A stretch of 64,000 bases of DNA from an uncultured Acidobacteriota bacterium (GTDB lineage Bacteria; Acidobacteriota; Thermoanaerobaculia; UBA5066; Gp7-AA6): the NCBI GenBank assembly GCA_963784935.1, contig CAWATD010000001.1, positions 20,991 through 84,990 of the forward strand. Reading direction: 5' to 3'. Positions 56,265 to 64,000 of the stretch are shown one piece after another (position 1 is the stretch's first letter; the number at the start of each line of letters is the position of its first letter). Under the pieces are notes generated by a model, which was given only the letters and a program-made list of their open reading frames with translations, was not told where the DNA came from and did not search any database. The position numbers and the translations under genes are program-made.

Positions 56265-56488
56265 TTCATCGAGCAGGAGCCCGGGCCTCGCGGGTCGCCG
56301 CACGAGCCGCAGCCTCCCGCTGGCTCCGACGCGCTCGACGACGTCCCGCCGGAGCCGACCGCGAAGACCGAGAGGAGCTTCTCGAGCTTCGCGCCCTGGC
56401 ACGCCGGGCAGCGCGGCTTCGCGTCGCCGAGGACGAACTCCTCGAATCGCTTTGCGCAGTCGCGGCACCGGTATTCGAAGAGCGGCAT
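56261..56488 (-). CDS. FmdB-family (CxxC_CxxC_SSSS) zinc-ribbon putative regulatory protein
   Basis: It reads MPLFEYRCRDCAKRFEEFVLGDAKPRCPACQGAKLEKLLS...GGCGSCG. I take the start at the internal Met of ORF 56261..56611. Confidence 0.8.
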   Translation of the reverse strand: MPLFEYRCRDCAKRFEEFVLGDAKPRCPACQGAKLEKLLSVFAVGSGGTSSSASEPAGGCGSCGDPRGPGSCSMN

Positions 56489-56508
56489 GGGTTGGATTCT
56501 ACCGCCTC

Positions 56509-59500
56509 TCAGAACGGATAGCCGATCGAAAGGAAGATGCGTCCCGTTTGCTTGACCGACCCGGACGCCAGAGGCGAGCACTTGTCCAGGTTGTTGTTTT
56601 CGACCGAGCACGGCTTCCCCTGGGCGTCCTGCGTGCGGGTTACGAGGAAGTCCACGGTCTGCTGCGGCAGGGGTCGTCCCACTTCCAGCCGGAGCGGACC
56701 GATCGGCGTCATGTAGTGGATGCCGAGACCGATCGACTGCCGCAATCCCGTCGGCTTGATCTGCTGGTCGGGCTTTGGAATCCCGGTCGTACGGTCCGCC
56801 GTCTCCAGCCGGAAATTGATGTCACCCACGGTCGCCCACACCTGGGCAACGTCGTAGAAGATCGAGATGCCGAGATTCCCCAGGATCGGGAAGCGGTACT
56901 CGAGGCTCCAGGCCATGAAGCCATTACCGCCGATGATTCGGGGGCCCGGGCTGCAGTCGTACCGGTTCGCGTCCGGCGCGCCGGGATACGTTTGCGCGCA
57001 CGTGCCCTTGCCGCTGCCCTGGTACGTCGCCTGCGTGTTGTAGTCCACGGTCGAGCCTGGAATGCCCTCCAGGTTCGTGTCGAACCCGCGGGCGGTCGAG
57101 GATCCTCCCGCGAAGTACTTCTCCGCGATCGGCACCGTATCGACGGCGCCTTGCGGGTAGATTCCCCCGGCGCGAAACGAGGCGCCGAGGACGCCGCCAA
57201 GAACGCTCCAGAAGTGCGCCGCCTGACCGGACACCTTCCCGTACCAGGCGTCGGCGTTCAGGAATGGGAAGGCATAGCCGCCGGCCACCGAGAGGTAATA
57301 ACCCTTGTGCGGGTCGAGCACGTCGTCGCGCCGGTCGTAGAGGAGACTCGGCCCGATCGCGGACTGCCGGATCGGGAAGGCCGAGAGCGGGTACTTCTCG
57401 CGCACGATCGTCGAGAGGTCCTCCGGGTTCGTCGGCGCAATGTACTGATACGAGTAGCGCAGCCCGACCCGCAGATTTCCGAAGAGCTTGACCGACTCGA
57501 AGAATACGCCGTACCGGTTGACGTCGACGTCCTGGATGGGCTCGCGGCTGGCGAAGATCGCGGCCGTCAAGGGGACTTCGGTGTTGAAGAGGTATGGCTC
57601 GAGAAAGTTTGCGACGGCGTAGCCGCGTCCCGACACCGGCGCGTACTGGACTTCAAACGAGACCGACTGCATGCGGCCGAAGAGATTCCGGTACGAGATC
57701 CCGGCCGTGGCGAACGGGTCGTTCGGGTTGGTCGCGCCGGGGGCGTACTGATATCCGACGCCGTACAGGAGCGAGAGCCGCCGCGCCTCGGTCAGGTCGA
57801 TGTCCACCGTGTGCTCCTGGTTGTCCGGGTTGGCCGGCTGCGGCTTGACCTCGATCGATCGAAAGACCCCCGTGCGAGCCAGGTTTCTCTGGGTGTCCGA
57901 GATCTTCTCTTCCGAATACGGATCGCCTTCCTTCCAGGCCACCTGGCGCAGGATCCGCTTGGGCTCGGTCAGGGCGTTGCCGCGGACGATGGTCTTGCCG
58001 AAGAAGGTGCGCATGCCCTCGTCCACCGTGTACACGACGTCCGCTTTCGTCTTGTCGGGCGAGAGGGTCCATCGGTCCCGCACCCCCGCCTCCCGCCAGC
58101 CCGTGTTCCAGTAGCGGTTGGTCAGCGCCGCCGCATCCTGCCGCACGGCGCTCGGATTGAACGGCTCGCCCACGCGCACGCTCAGGAGCGCGTCGAGTTC
58201 GGCCTCTTCGAGATGCTCGGCACCCTCGATCAGCCGGTTCGCCACGAACGTGCGCGGCCCCTCGACGATCGTGAACGCGACGTCCAGGCGGTCCGGCTTC
58301 GCGTCCGGCGTCACCGCGGGCTTCTCGACGCGCGCGTCGATCCAGCCCCGCGTCTGGTAATACCCGAGGATGCCGTCGGCGTCCTTCTGGAGCTCCCCGT
58401 CGATGAGGTACCCGTTCTGCAGCAGCGGAAGCCCCTTCTCGCGCGTCACGATCAGGTCGCGCAGGGTCTCCTCGGACACCGAGGAGTTGCCCGTGAATGC
58501 GATCCGCTCGACCGAATACTTCCCGCCCTCGTCGACGGTCACCCGCACCGTCACGGGATCCTGGCCCTGCGTCTTCGCCGCGACCGCCGCCCGGTAGCGC
58601 CCCTTGCGCTGCAGGCCCTCCCGCGTCGTATCCGCCCACTGCTCGAGGAGGTCCGCGTCGAACCCCTGCGCGTCGAGCAGGTCGAGGAACTCCTTGCGGA
58701 CCCGCTTCTCCTTGATCCCCGTGGCCTCGATCGCGAACCGCGGCCCGACGGCGATCCGATAGACGGGTCGGACCGTGCCCTCGTCGGTCGGCTCGGAGGC
58801 GATGAGCTCGACCGAGGCCTTGAAGTGCCCCTCCTCGAGAAGGAACTTGCGCAGGCGCTCGGCGCTCGTGCGGGCGCGCGCCTCCTCGTAGGGCTTGCCG
58901 ATCTTCAGCTTCATCTTCGCGGCGAGCGCGTCGGGGGTGAAGGGCTCGATCGGGCCGTCGAAGAACGGCGCCGCCGTTGTCGCCCGCTCCCCCTCGGCGA
59001 TCCGGTAGACCACTTGCGCGGAGAAACTCGCCGGGTCGAAGGTGACCTCCGGGTCCACGGCCGCGCGGATGTACCCGTCCGCCGCGAGTCGCCGCTCGAG
59101 GGCGCTGGCCCCTTCGGCGAGGGCCGTCGCGTTGAAGGGCCCCCGCTCCTGGAGCGCGACCGCCCGTCTCATGTCTTCGCGGGACAGGGCCGACTTTCCG
59201 TCGAACTCGATGCCGGCGACCCGGTAGGACCGCCACAGGTGGATGGTCACCGCGACGGCGCCCTCGGGAATCGGGCTCGCGACGACCAGGATTTCCGAGA
59301 AATCGAGCGTCGCGAAGAGATTCTGGATCGTCGCGCCGGTGTCGTCCTCGGTCAGGGGGCGTCCGATCCGAAATGCGACGAGGCTCCCGATCTCGCCCGA
59401 ATCCGCGGGACCGTCGCAGGTGTAGGTGATCGACTCGACCGTCAGGCCCAGCAGGTCGGGGTGGATCTCGGCAGCCGTCGCACTGCCGGAAACGGCGAGC

Positions 59501-59541
59501 AGCAGGGCCGCGGTGAGCCGCGCCAGGGCGTTTTGCTTCAC
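56509..59541 (-). CDS. bamA: Outer-membrane protein assembly factor BamA (POTRA repeats + Omp85 barrel)
   Basis: It is 1010 aa starting from GTG 59541 (VKQNALARLTAALLLAVSGSATAAE). Five POTRA-like units are present (for example VERIAFTGNSSVSEETLRDLI and KTIVRGNALTEPKRILRQV). The barrel carries FAGGSSTARGF and ends GRIFLSIGYPF. The upstream 850 codons of ORF 56509..62085 are out of frame with tamB and are rejected. Confidence 0.9.
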   Translation of the reverse strand: MKQNALARLTAALLLAVSGSATAAEIHPDLLGLTVESITYTCDGPADSGEIGSLVAFRIGRPLTEDDTGATIQNLFATLDFSEILVVASPIPEGAVAVTIHLWRSYRVAGIEFDGKSALSREDMRRAVALQERGPFNATALAEGASALERRLAADGYIRAAVDPEVTFDPASFSAQVVYRIAEGERATTAAPFFDGPIEPFTPDALAAKMKLKIGKPYEEARARTSAERLRKFLLEEGHFKASVELIASEPTDEGTVRPVYRIAVGPRFAIEATGIKEKRVRKEFLDLLDAQGFDADLLEQWADTTREGLQRKGRYRAAVAAKTQGQDPVTVRVTVDEGGKYSVERIAFTGNSSVSEETLRDLIVTREKGLPLLQNGYLIDGELQKDADGILGYYQTRGWIDARVEKPAVTPDAKPDRLDVAFTIVEGPRTFVANRLIEGAEHLEEAELDALLSVRVGEPFNPSAVRQDAAALTNRYWNTGWREAGVRDRWTLSPDKTKADVVYTVDEGMRTFFGKTIVRGNALTEPKRILRQVAWKEGDPYSEEKISDTQRNLARTGVFRSIEVKPQPANPDNQEHTVDIDLTEARRLSLLYGVGYQYAPGATNPNDPFATAGISYRNLFGRMQSVSFEVQYAPVSGRGYAVANFLEPYLFNTEVPLTAAIFASREPIQDVDVNRYGVFFESVKLFGNLRVGLRYSYQYIAPTNPEDLSTIVREKYPLSAFPIRQSAIGPSLLYDRRDDVLDPHKGYYLSVAGGYAFPFLNADAWYGKVSGQAAHFWSVLGGVLGASFRAGGIYPQGAVDTVPIAEKYFAGGSSTARGFDTNLEGIPGSTVDYNTQATYQGSGKGTCAQTYPGAPDANRYDCSPGPRIIGGNGFMAWSLEYRFPILGNLGISIFYDVAQVWATVGDINFRLETADRTTGIPKPDQQIKPTGLRQSIGLGIHYMTPIGPLRLEVGRPLPQQTVDFLVTRTQDAQGKPCSVENNNLDKCSPLASGSVKQTGRIFLSIGYPF

Positions 59542-62500
59542 AGCCGCTGGCGCCGCCGCACGCTGATCGAGAGGATGCCGTTCTCGTCCCGGATCATCTG
59601 CACCAGGATCGTGTTCGAGGCCTGCCACTCCACGCGGACGATGGGCTCCTTGCTCGAATCGAGGGCGATCGAGGAAGACACCGCCAGATCCTGCGTGATC
59701 TGCTTGCCGATGGTCGAGCGGACCGTCGTGATCTGGCTGCCGGTGAAGACCGGCTCGATCTGAAACCGGTCGAGCTTGAAGATGCGCCGGGTCTCCGCGC
59801 GCAGGCCCCCGGTCACCGCTCCCGCGACGGCGCCGCCGGCGGCCGAGACCAGCTGGTTCGCCGTGTCGGTCGGGTTGCGCGTGTCCGGCGGCGACCCCGA
59901 GAGGAGCAGCCCGAGGATCGCGTCGTTGGCGAGCGGCGGATCGGAGGTGAAGTTTGCCGAGATGCGCGGCCAGGTCCCGGCGAGGAGGACCACGAGGTTG
60001 TATCCCTTGACCTCCGCCCGCGCGCGCACGTCCACGAACGGCGCGATGCGCGCCGCGTTCGAGAACGTGATCGTTCCGGCCTCGATCTCGTAGCGGATGT
60101 CGCTGAACACGACGCGCCCGCCCTCGTCGAGAACGACCGATCCGAGCACGACCGGGTCGGCCAGCGTCCCGCGGGCCCGCAGGTCCACAGTGCCCGACAG
60201 GCGCGCCAGGTTGTTGCGGACCTCCAGCGCCGCCGCCGACACGATCCGCACCTCCAGCGTCGTCCGCTCCTTCCAGGGTTCCCGCGCCGCGAGCGCGCCC
60301 GTGGGGCGGCCGCGCCCGAGAAAATCCGACAGCGTGACTTCGACGTCCTTCGAGTACGTGCCGCGCAGGAGCGTGATCTCGCCGCGCAGCTGGTTGCCGG
60401 CCTCGCTGCCCGTCGCGACGAGATCGGCGTCCACCGTCAGCCGCAGGGCCGGGATGGCGCGCACCGAGATGCGCCGGCCCTGCAGGGTGAGCCGGAAGTC
60501 CTTGACCCCGGCGCCGGCGAAGCGGAATCCGCCCGCGACGAACGCTTCGCCGTCCGCGACCCTGGCGCGCAGTCCTTCGATTTCGCCGGAGGACCCCACC
60601 AGGCGCACGCCGCCTTCGATGTCCTCGAAGGAATAGCCCGCCATGCGGTACCGGCCGTCCTCGATCCGGACGAGGCCGTTCCAGTTGGGAGATTCGGCGG
60701 GGCCGGAGACCGCGACGTCCACGACGAAGCGGCCGGCCAGGCCGAGATCCGGCGCCGCCAGAGCGAGCAACGACGCGTCGGCCGACCCCGTGACCCTTCC
60801 CTCGATCGCCGGCTTCTCGCCCGTGAGGTCCACCGCTCCGCGCATCCGCAGATCCACGCCTTCGCCCACGGCGTGCACGTCGCCGAGCGCAATCCGCCCG
60901 TTCGCGACGGACACGGCAACGTCCCCCTCGCTGTGCACGAGCGCGGGCCGGTCGCGGGCGTCCAGGCGCGCCTCGGTCATGACGAACTCGCCGGCGGGTC
61001 TTTCCCCCTCGGCCGAGGGCAGCCGGACCCGGCCGCGTGCTGCAAGCGCGCCGCCATCGCCCGCGGGCAGGGCGGCCGGCGTGAAGAGCAGGAGGGCCGC
61101 GAGATCGCGGACGTCGACGCCCACGTCGAGCGCCACGGGCGTGGCGCCGGCGTCTCCCTTCGCCGTGAGCGTCCAGCGGCCCGGCACCGTGACGGCTCCG
61201 TCCACCTCGCCGTGGGCCACGTGCAGCGAAAGGCGGGGCGACAACGCCTCGGAGATCTCGTGGCCGTAGAACGTCGCCTCCGACAGCGACGCGGACGCCG
61301 TCAGGTCCGGCCGGCTGAACGCGCCGGAGCCCGCGAGCTCGAACGATACGCGGCCCGATACGTCCTGGCGGATGCCGGCGAGCGCGTCGAGAGCCTGGAG
61401 CGGGACGCCGTCGCCGGCGGCCCGGGCCTCGAAGGTTTTCTCCCGGTACGCGATCGCAATCCGGCCGCCGAGCATGCCGCCGCCGATGTCGGCCCGGACG
61501 TCGTCGAGCTCGAAGAGCCCCGGACGGAGGCCCATCTTTCCCGTGATGCGCGACACCTTCTGGCCCCAGAGGACCGCGTCGTCGAGCGCCGCGGCGCCGC
61601 CGCCCGTGACGGAATTCGGAGGACTGCCGACGAGCGGAAAGCTCCCCGTCAGCCTGCCTTCGATCGGGAAGTCGAGATCGAGGTACTCGAGGAAACGGGA
61701 CACCGGGTAGTCCTTGGCCGTCAGGGCGAAGTCGAGGGTGGGCCGCATCGGGTCCTTGCGGTACCGGACCGTGCCCTCGAGCGAGAGGGAAGCCCGATCG
61801 TCGTAGACGCGCAGGGGATGGAAGACGAACGCGCCGTCGTGCATGTCCGTCTGGCCGAGCACGCTGCCGAAGAAGACGCCGGCATATCGGGCGTTCTCCG
61901 CAGAGAACTTCGCGGAGACGTCCGGGTCGCCCCAGGATTTGGCGATGTGCCCCTCGATCTCGCCGCTGCCGCCCAGACCGAGCGGCGTCGCAACGTCGCC
62001 GGCGGCGGCGACGAAGTTCTGGAAGATGCGGTCGACCTCGACGAGATCGCGCGAGCGCAGCCGGAAGTCGAAGTCCGGAAGCCACTCGCCGATCTTGAGC
62101 CCTCCCGTGGCCTCGAGGGTCGAGGCCGCGAACCGGAAGGGAGTGCCCTCGAACCCGATGCGGCCGTCCACGACGGCAAGGTCGCCGCCGCCGCCGACCG
62201 GAATCCCGAAGCGGCCCGGGACGAGCGAAGCCGCGGGCCCGGGCTCGACCTGGAGGCGCGCAGCGCCGCTGGACCGGCCGATGCCGCCCTCGGACCAGCG
62301 CAGCGTCGCCGAGAGCGCCGCCGAGCCGGAAAGCCCGGTCCCCGGCAGGTGGATGTCGCCGAAGAAACGCTCGACCGAGATGCCGCGCCCGTCGAGCGAC
62401 AGGGTCATCGGCTGCGGGCGCCCCCCGCCGGCGAGATTCTCGATGCGATAGATGCCGGTGACCTCGCCGCCCGCGTACCGCGCCTTTTCGATGCGCCCGA

Positions 62501-63479
62501 CCAGGGCTTCCGGCCCGGCCAGCACGGCGGCCTCGAAGCCTTCGATCGGAAAGCCGTTGGCGTCGAGCACGGGCACGCTCAACCGGCCCGTGATCCGGAA
62601 GCCGCCCTCGAGCGGCAGCAGGATCTCGGCCTCCACCCGCGCGTCGCCGGCGAAACCGAGGGGCGAGTGAAATACCTTCTCGACCTCGGCCACGCGGAGC
62701 TCGCCCGTAGCCCGCAACAGAATTTTGGCGTTCTTCGGGTCCTCGACGGACCCCGACGCGCGCAGCTCGCCGAAATCTCCCACGATCCGCAGGGACTCGA
62801 TCTGCAGGCCCGACGCGGGGCCGGCGCTGAATCCGAGGTCCACGCCGAAGACGAGCGGCTCGTCGCCGCGCAGCTGCAGGGTCGTCTTTCGGCAGGCGAG
62901 GGATCCGCGGTAGCGGTTGCCCGACAGAATGGCGAGCTCGGCCGCGAAGCTCTCGAGGCGCCCGTCGATGTCCGACTTGCGCCCGTCGAACTCGAAGGTG
63001 CCCTTCTGCACGACGAGCTCCCCGATCTTCACGGACAGCCCGCCCTTCGACGCGGGACGCAAGAGGCCCGGCGGAAGGTTCCAGGTCCCGTCGGTAAACT
63101 GGACCAGCGAGATCTTCGGATGCACGGCGCGCACGCGCCCGAAGCGCAGCTCGCCGCCGGTGACCGAAACGCCACCGCCGATCGTCAGCTCTTCGGCCTC
63201 GAGCAGCGGACCCTCCGGCGCGCGCGGGTCGTTGCCCACGCGGACATCGGCCAGGTGCACCGACGGCGGGAAGATCTGGAAATCCACCTGCCGGAAGCTC
63301 ACCGGCCGCTGCAGGAGCTCCGAGAGTCGCTTTTCCGAAACGCCCTGGAACAGGGACTGGAACCGATCGGAGCTCCAGATCGCGTAGCCGGCGAGCGCGA
63401 GGAAGACGACGACGACGAGAAAGAGCCGGGACGTCGAGAGATGCTGCGCCTCGTGCGGCCCCTCATCCCCCCGGCGCAT
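59538..63479 (-). CDS. tamB: TamB/AsmA-like translocation-and-assembly-module protein (DUF490 C-terminus)
   Basis: The ORF is intact at 1313 aa. It has an N-terminal anchor (LFLVVVVFLALAGYAIW), a long beta-rich repetitive body, and the C-terminus FTSDPPLANDAILGLLLSG...RFQIEPV...VRVEWQASN. It overlaps the bamA start by 4 nt (GTGA). Confidence 0.85.
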   Translation of the reverse strand: MRRGDEGPHEAQHLSTSRLFLVVVVFLALAGYAIWSSDRFQSLFQGVSEKRLSELLQRPVSFRQVDFQIFPPSVHLADVRVGNDPRAPEGPLLEAEELTIGGGVSVTGGELRFGRVRAVHPKISLVQFTDGTWNLPPGLLRPASKGGLSVKIGELVVQKGTFEFDGRKSDIDGRLESFAAELAILSGNRYRGSLACRKTTLQLRGDEPLVFGVDLGFSAGPASGLQIESLRIVGDFGELRASGSVEDPKNAKILLRATGELRVAEVEKVFHSPLGFAGDARVEAEILLPLEGGFRITGRLSVPVLDANGFPIEGFEAAVLAGPEALVGRIEKARYAGGEVTGIYRIENLAGGGRPQPMTLSLDGRGISVERFFGDIHLPGTGLSGSAALSATLRWSEGGIGRSSGAARLQVEPGPAASLVPGRFGIPVGGGGDLAVVDGRIGFEGTPFRFAASTLEATGGLKIGEWLPDFDFRLRSRDLVEVDRIFQNFVAAAGDVATPLGLGGSGEIEGHIAKSWGDPDVSAKFSAENARYAGVFFGSVLGQTDMHDGAFVFHPLRVYDDRASLSLEGTVRYRKDPMRPTLDFALTAKDYPVSRFLEYLDLDFPIEGRLTGSFPLVGSPPNSVTGGGAAALDDAVLWGQKVSRITGKMGLRPGLFELDDVRADIGGGMLGGRIAIAYREKTFEARAAGDGVPLQALDALAGIRQDVSGRVSFELAGSGAFSRPDLTASASLSEATFYGHEISEALSPRLSLHVAHGEVDGAVTVPGRWTLTAKGDAGATPVALDVGVDVRDLAALLLFTPAALPAGDGGALAARGRVRLPSAEGERPAGEFVMTEARLDARDRPALVHSEGDVAVSVANGRIALGDVHAVGEGVDLRMRGAVDLTGEKPAIEGRVTGSADASLLALAAPDLGLAGRFVVDVAVSGPAESPNWNGLVRIEDGRYRMAGYSFEDIEGGVRLVGSSGEIEGLRARVADGEAFVAGGFRFAGAGVKDFRLTLQGRRISVRAIPALRLTVDADLVATGSEAGNQLRGEITLLRGTYSKDVEVTLSDFLGRGRPTGALAAREPWKERTTLEVRIVSAAALEVRNNLARLSGTVDLRARGTLADPVVLGSVVLDEGGRVVFSDIRYEIEAGTITFSNAARIAPFVDVRARAEVKGYNLVVLLAGTWPRISANFTSDPPLANDAILGLLLSGSPPDTRNPTDTANQLVSAAGGAVAGAVTGGLRAETRRIFKLDRFQIEPVFTGSQITTVRSTIGKQITQDLAVSSSIALDSSKEPIVRVEWQASNTILVQMIRDENGILSISVRRRQRL

Positions 63480-63485
63480 GCGGAC

Positions 63486-64000
63486 CTAGATTCCCCAGGA
63501 GAGCTTCCCGGCGAGCTGTTCGAAGTGATCGGACTCGGCGGGGCGCAGCAGCGTCACCCAGGAAGCACTCGACTTCACGTCGACCGGGCTGCCGGCGAGC
63601 ACCGGAAATCCCTCCTGGCCGTCGAGGGTCAGATACACGCCGCTGTCGCGCGACTCCGGCCCGAGGACCCGCACGCGGATCCGCGTGGAGGCCGGGACGA
63701 CGAGGGGCCGCAGCCCGAGCGAGTGCGGGCAGATCGGCGTGATGACGATCGCGGCCAGGCCCAGGTGCAGAATCGGGCCTCCCGCCGACAGGTTGTATGC
63801 CGTCGAGCCGGTCGGCGTCGAAACGATGACGCCGTCGGCCCGGAACTCCGCCACCGGCCGCCCGTCGAGCGCGACGATGAACGTCGAGATGCGGGCCAGC
63901 GCCTCGCGATTCAGGACCGCATCGTTCAAGACACGGTACTTCCCATGGTGCGGTCCGCGCGAGATGGACACGTCCATCCGGCGGCGCCGATCCTCGCGGA
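63486..64000 (-). CDS. nadK: NAD kinase (C-terminal part; the gene continues beyond the right edge)
   Basis: It reads VLNDAVLN...FRADGVIVSTPTGSTAYNLSAGGPILHLGLAAIVITPICPHSL. This is the NadK GDG-downstream conserved core. Confidence 0.85.
   Translation of the reverse strand, partial: REDRRRRMDVSISRGPHHGKYRVLNDAVLNREALARISTFIVALDGRPVAEFRADGVIVSTPTGSTAYNLSAGGPILHLGLAAIVITPICPHSLGLRPLVVPASTRIRVRVLGPESRDSGVYLTLDGQEGFPVLAGSPVDVKSSASWVTLLRPAESDHFEQLAGKLSWGI

Noticed and set aside
56509-62085. A single 1858-aa minus-strand ORF suggests one giant BamA-like gene.
   Set aside because: Only the C-terminal 1010 aa (from GTG 59541, with a signal peptide) look like BamA. The upstream part is Arg/Gly-rich nonsense, out of frame with the convincing 1313-aa tamB ORF (59538..63479).

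Overview
This is a high-GC (roughly 70%) bacterial chromosomal segment. It is probably Acidobacteriota. That is an inference from three ADOP-type (acidobacterial duplicated orphan permease) genes carrying the LLQDLRYA / LQDVRYG N-terminal signature, one of them paired with PadR. No database search was possible, so all calls rest on motifs I recognise in the translations. Layout: (1) 1-27.7 kb is a surface-polysaccharide locus, almost entirely on the minus strand. It carries GT2 and GT1 glycosyltransferases, a Wzm/Wzt ABC exporter, a UDP-sugar 6-dehydrogenase and a NusG-like antiterminator. Next come two tandem paralogous giant secreted proteins, built as a PQQ-type sugar-dehydrogenase propeller + PKD/Ig + 3 or 4 ConA-like modules joined by Pro/Thr linkers. 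These are followed by a LuxR pseudo-receiver regulator, the CpsB phosphatase / Wzc / Wza export module, an outer-membrane barrel, a Wzy/O-antigen-ligase-like protein and a Pro/Thr-rich TonB-C-domain cluster. (2) 27.8-38.3 kb holds folD, an esterase, and a MacA-ATPase-ADOP-ATPase-ADOP efflux block. (3) 38.3-47.6 kb holds msrB-ACT-NtrC-type regulator-histidine kinase, a Y_Y_Y/LytS-type kinase and IorAB-like molybdoenzyme subunits. (4) 47.7-56.5 kb holds PadR-ADOP, an amidohydrolase, coaE, and a BNR propeller - MoaD-like (GG) - MiaE - GT-A-like cluster. (5) 56.3-64 kb holds a zinc-ribbon protein, bamA, tamB and nadK. About half of the genes have broken reading frames as sequenced, and the breaks are strongly clustered. 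Here, type=pseudogene means the frame is broken two or more times; this may be assembly error rather than biology. No rRNA, tRNA, CRISPR array, transposase or integrase was recognised.
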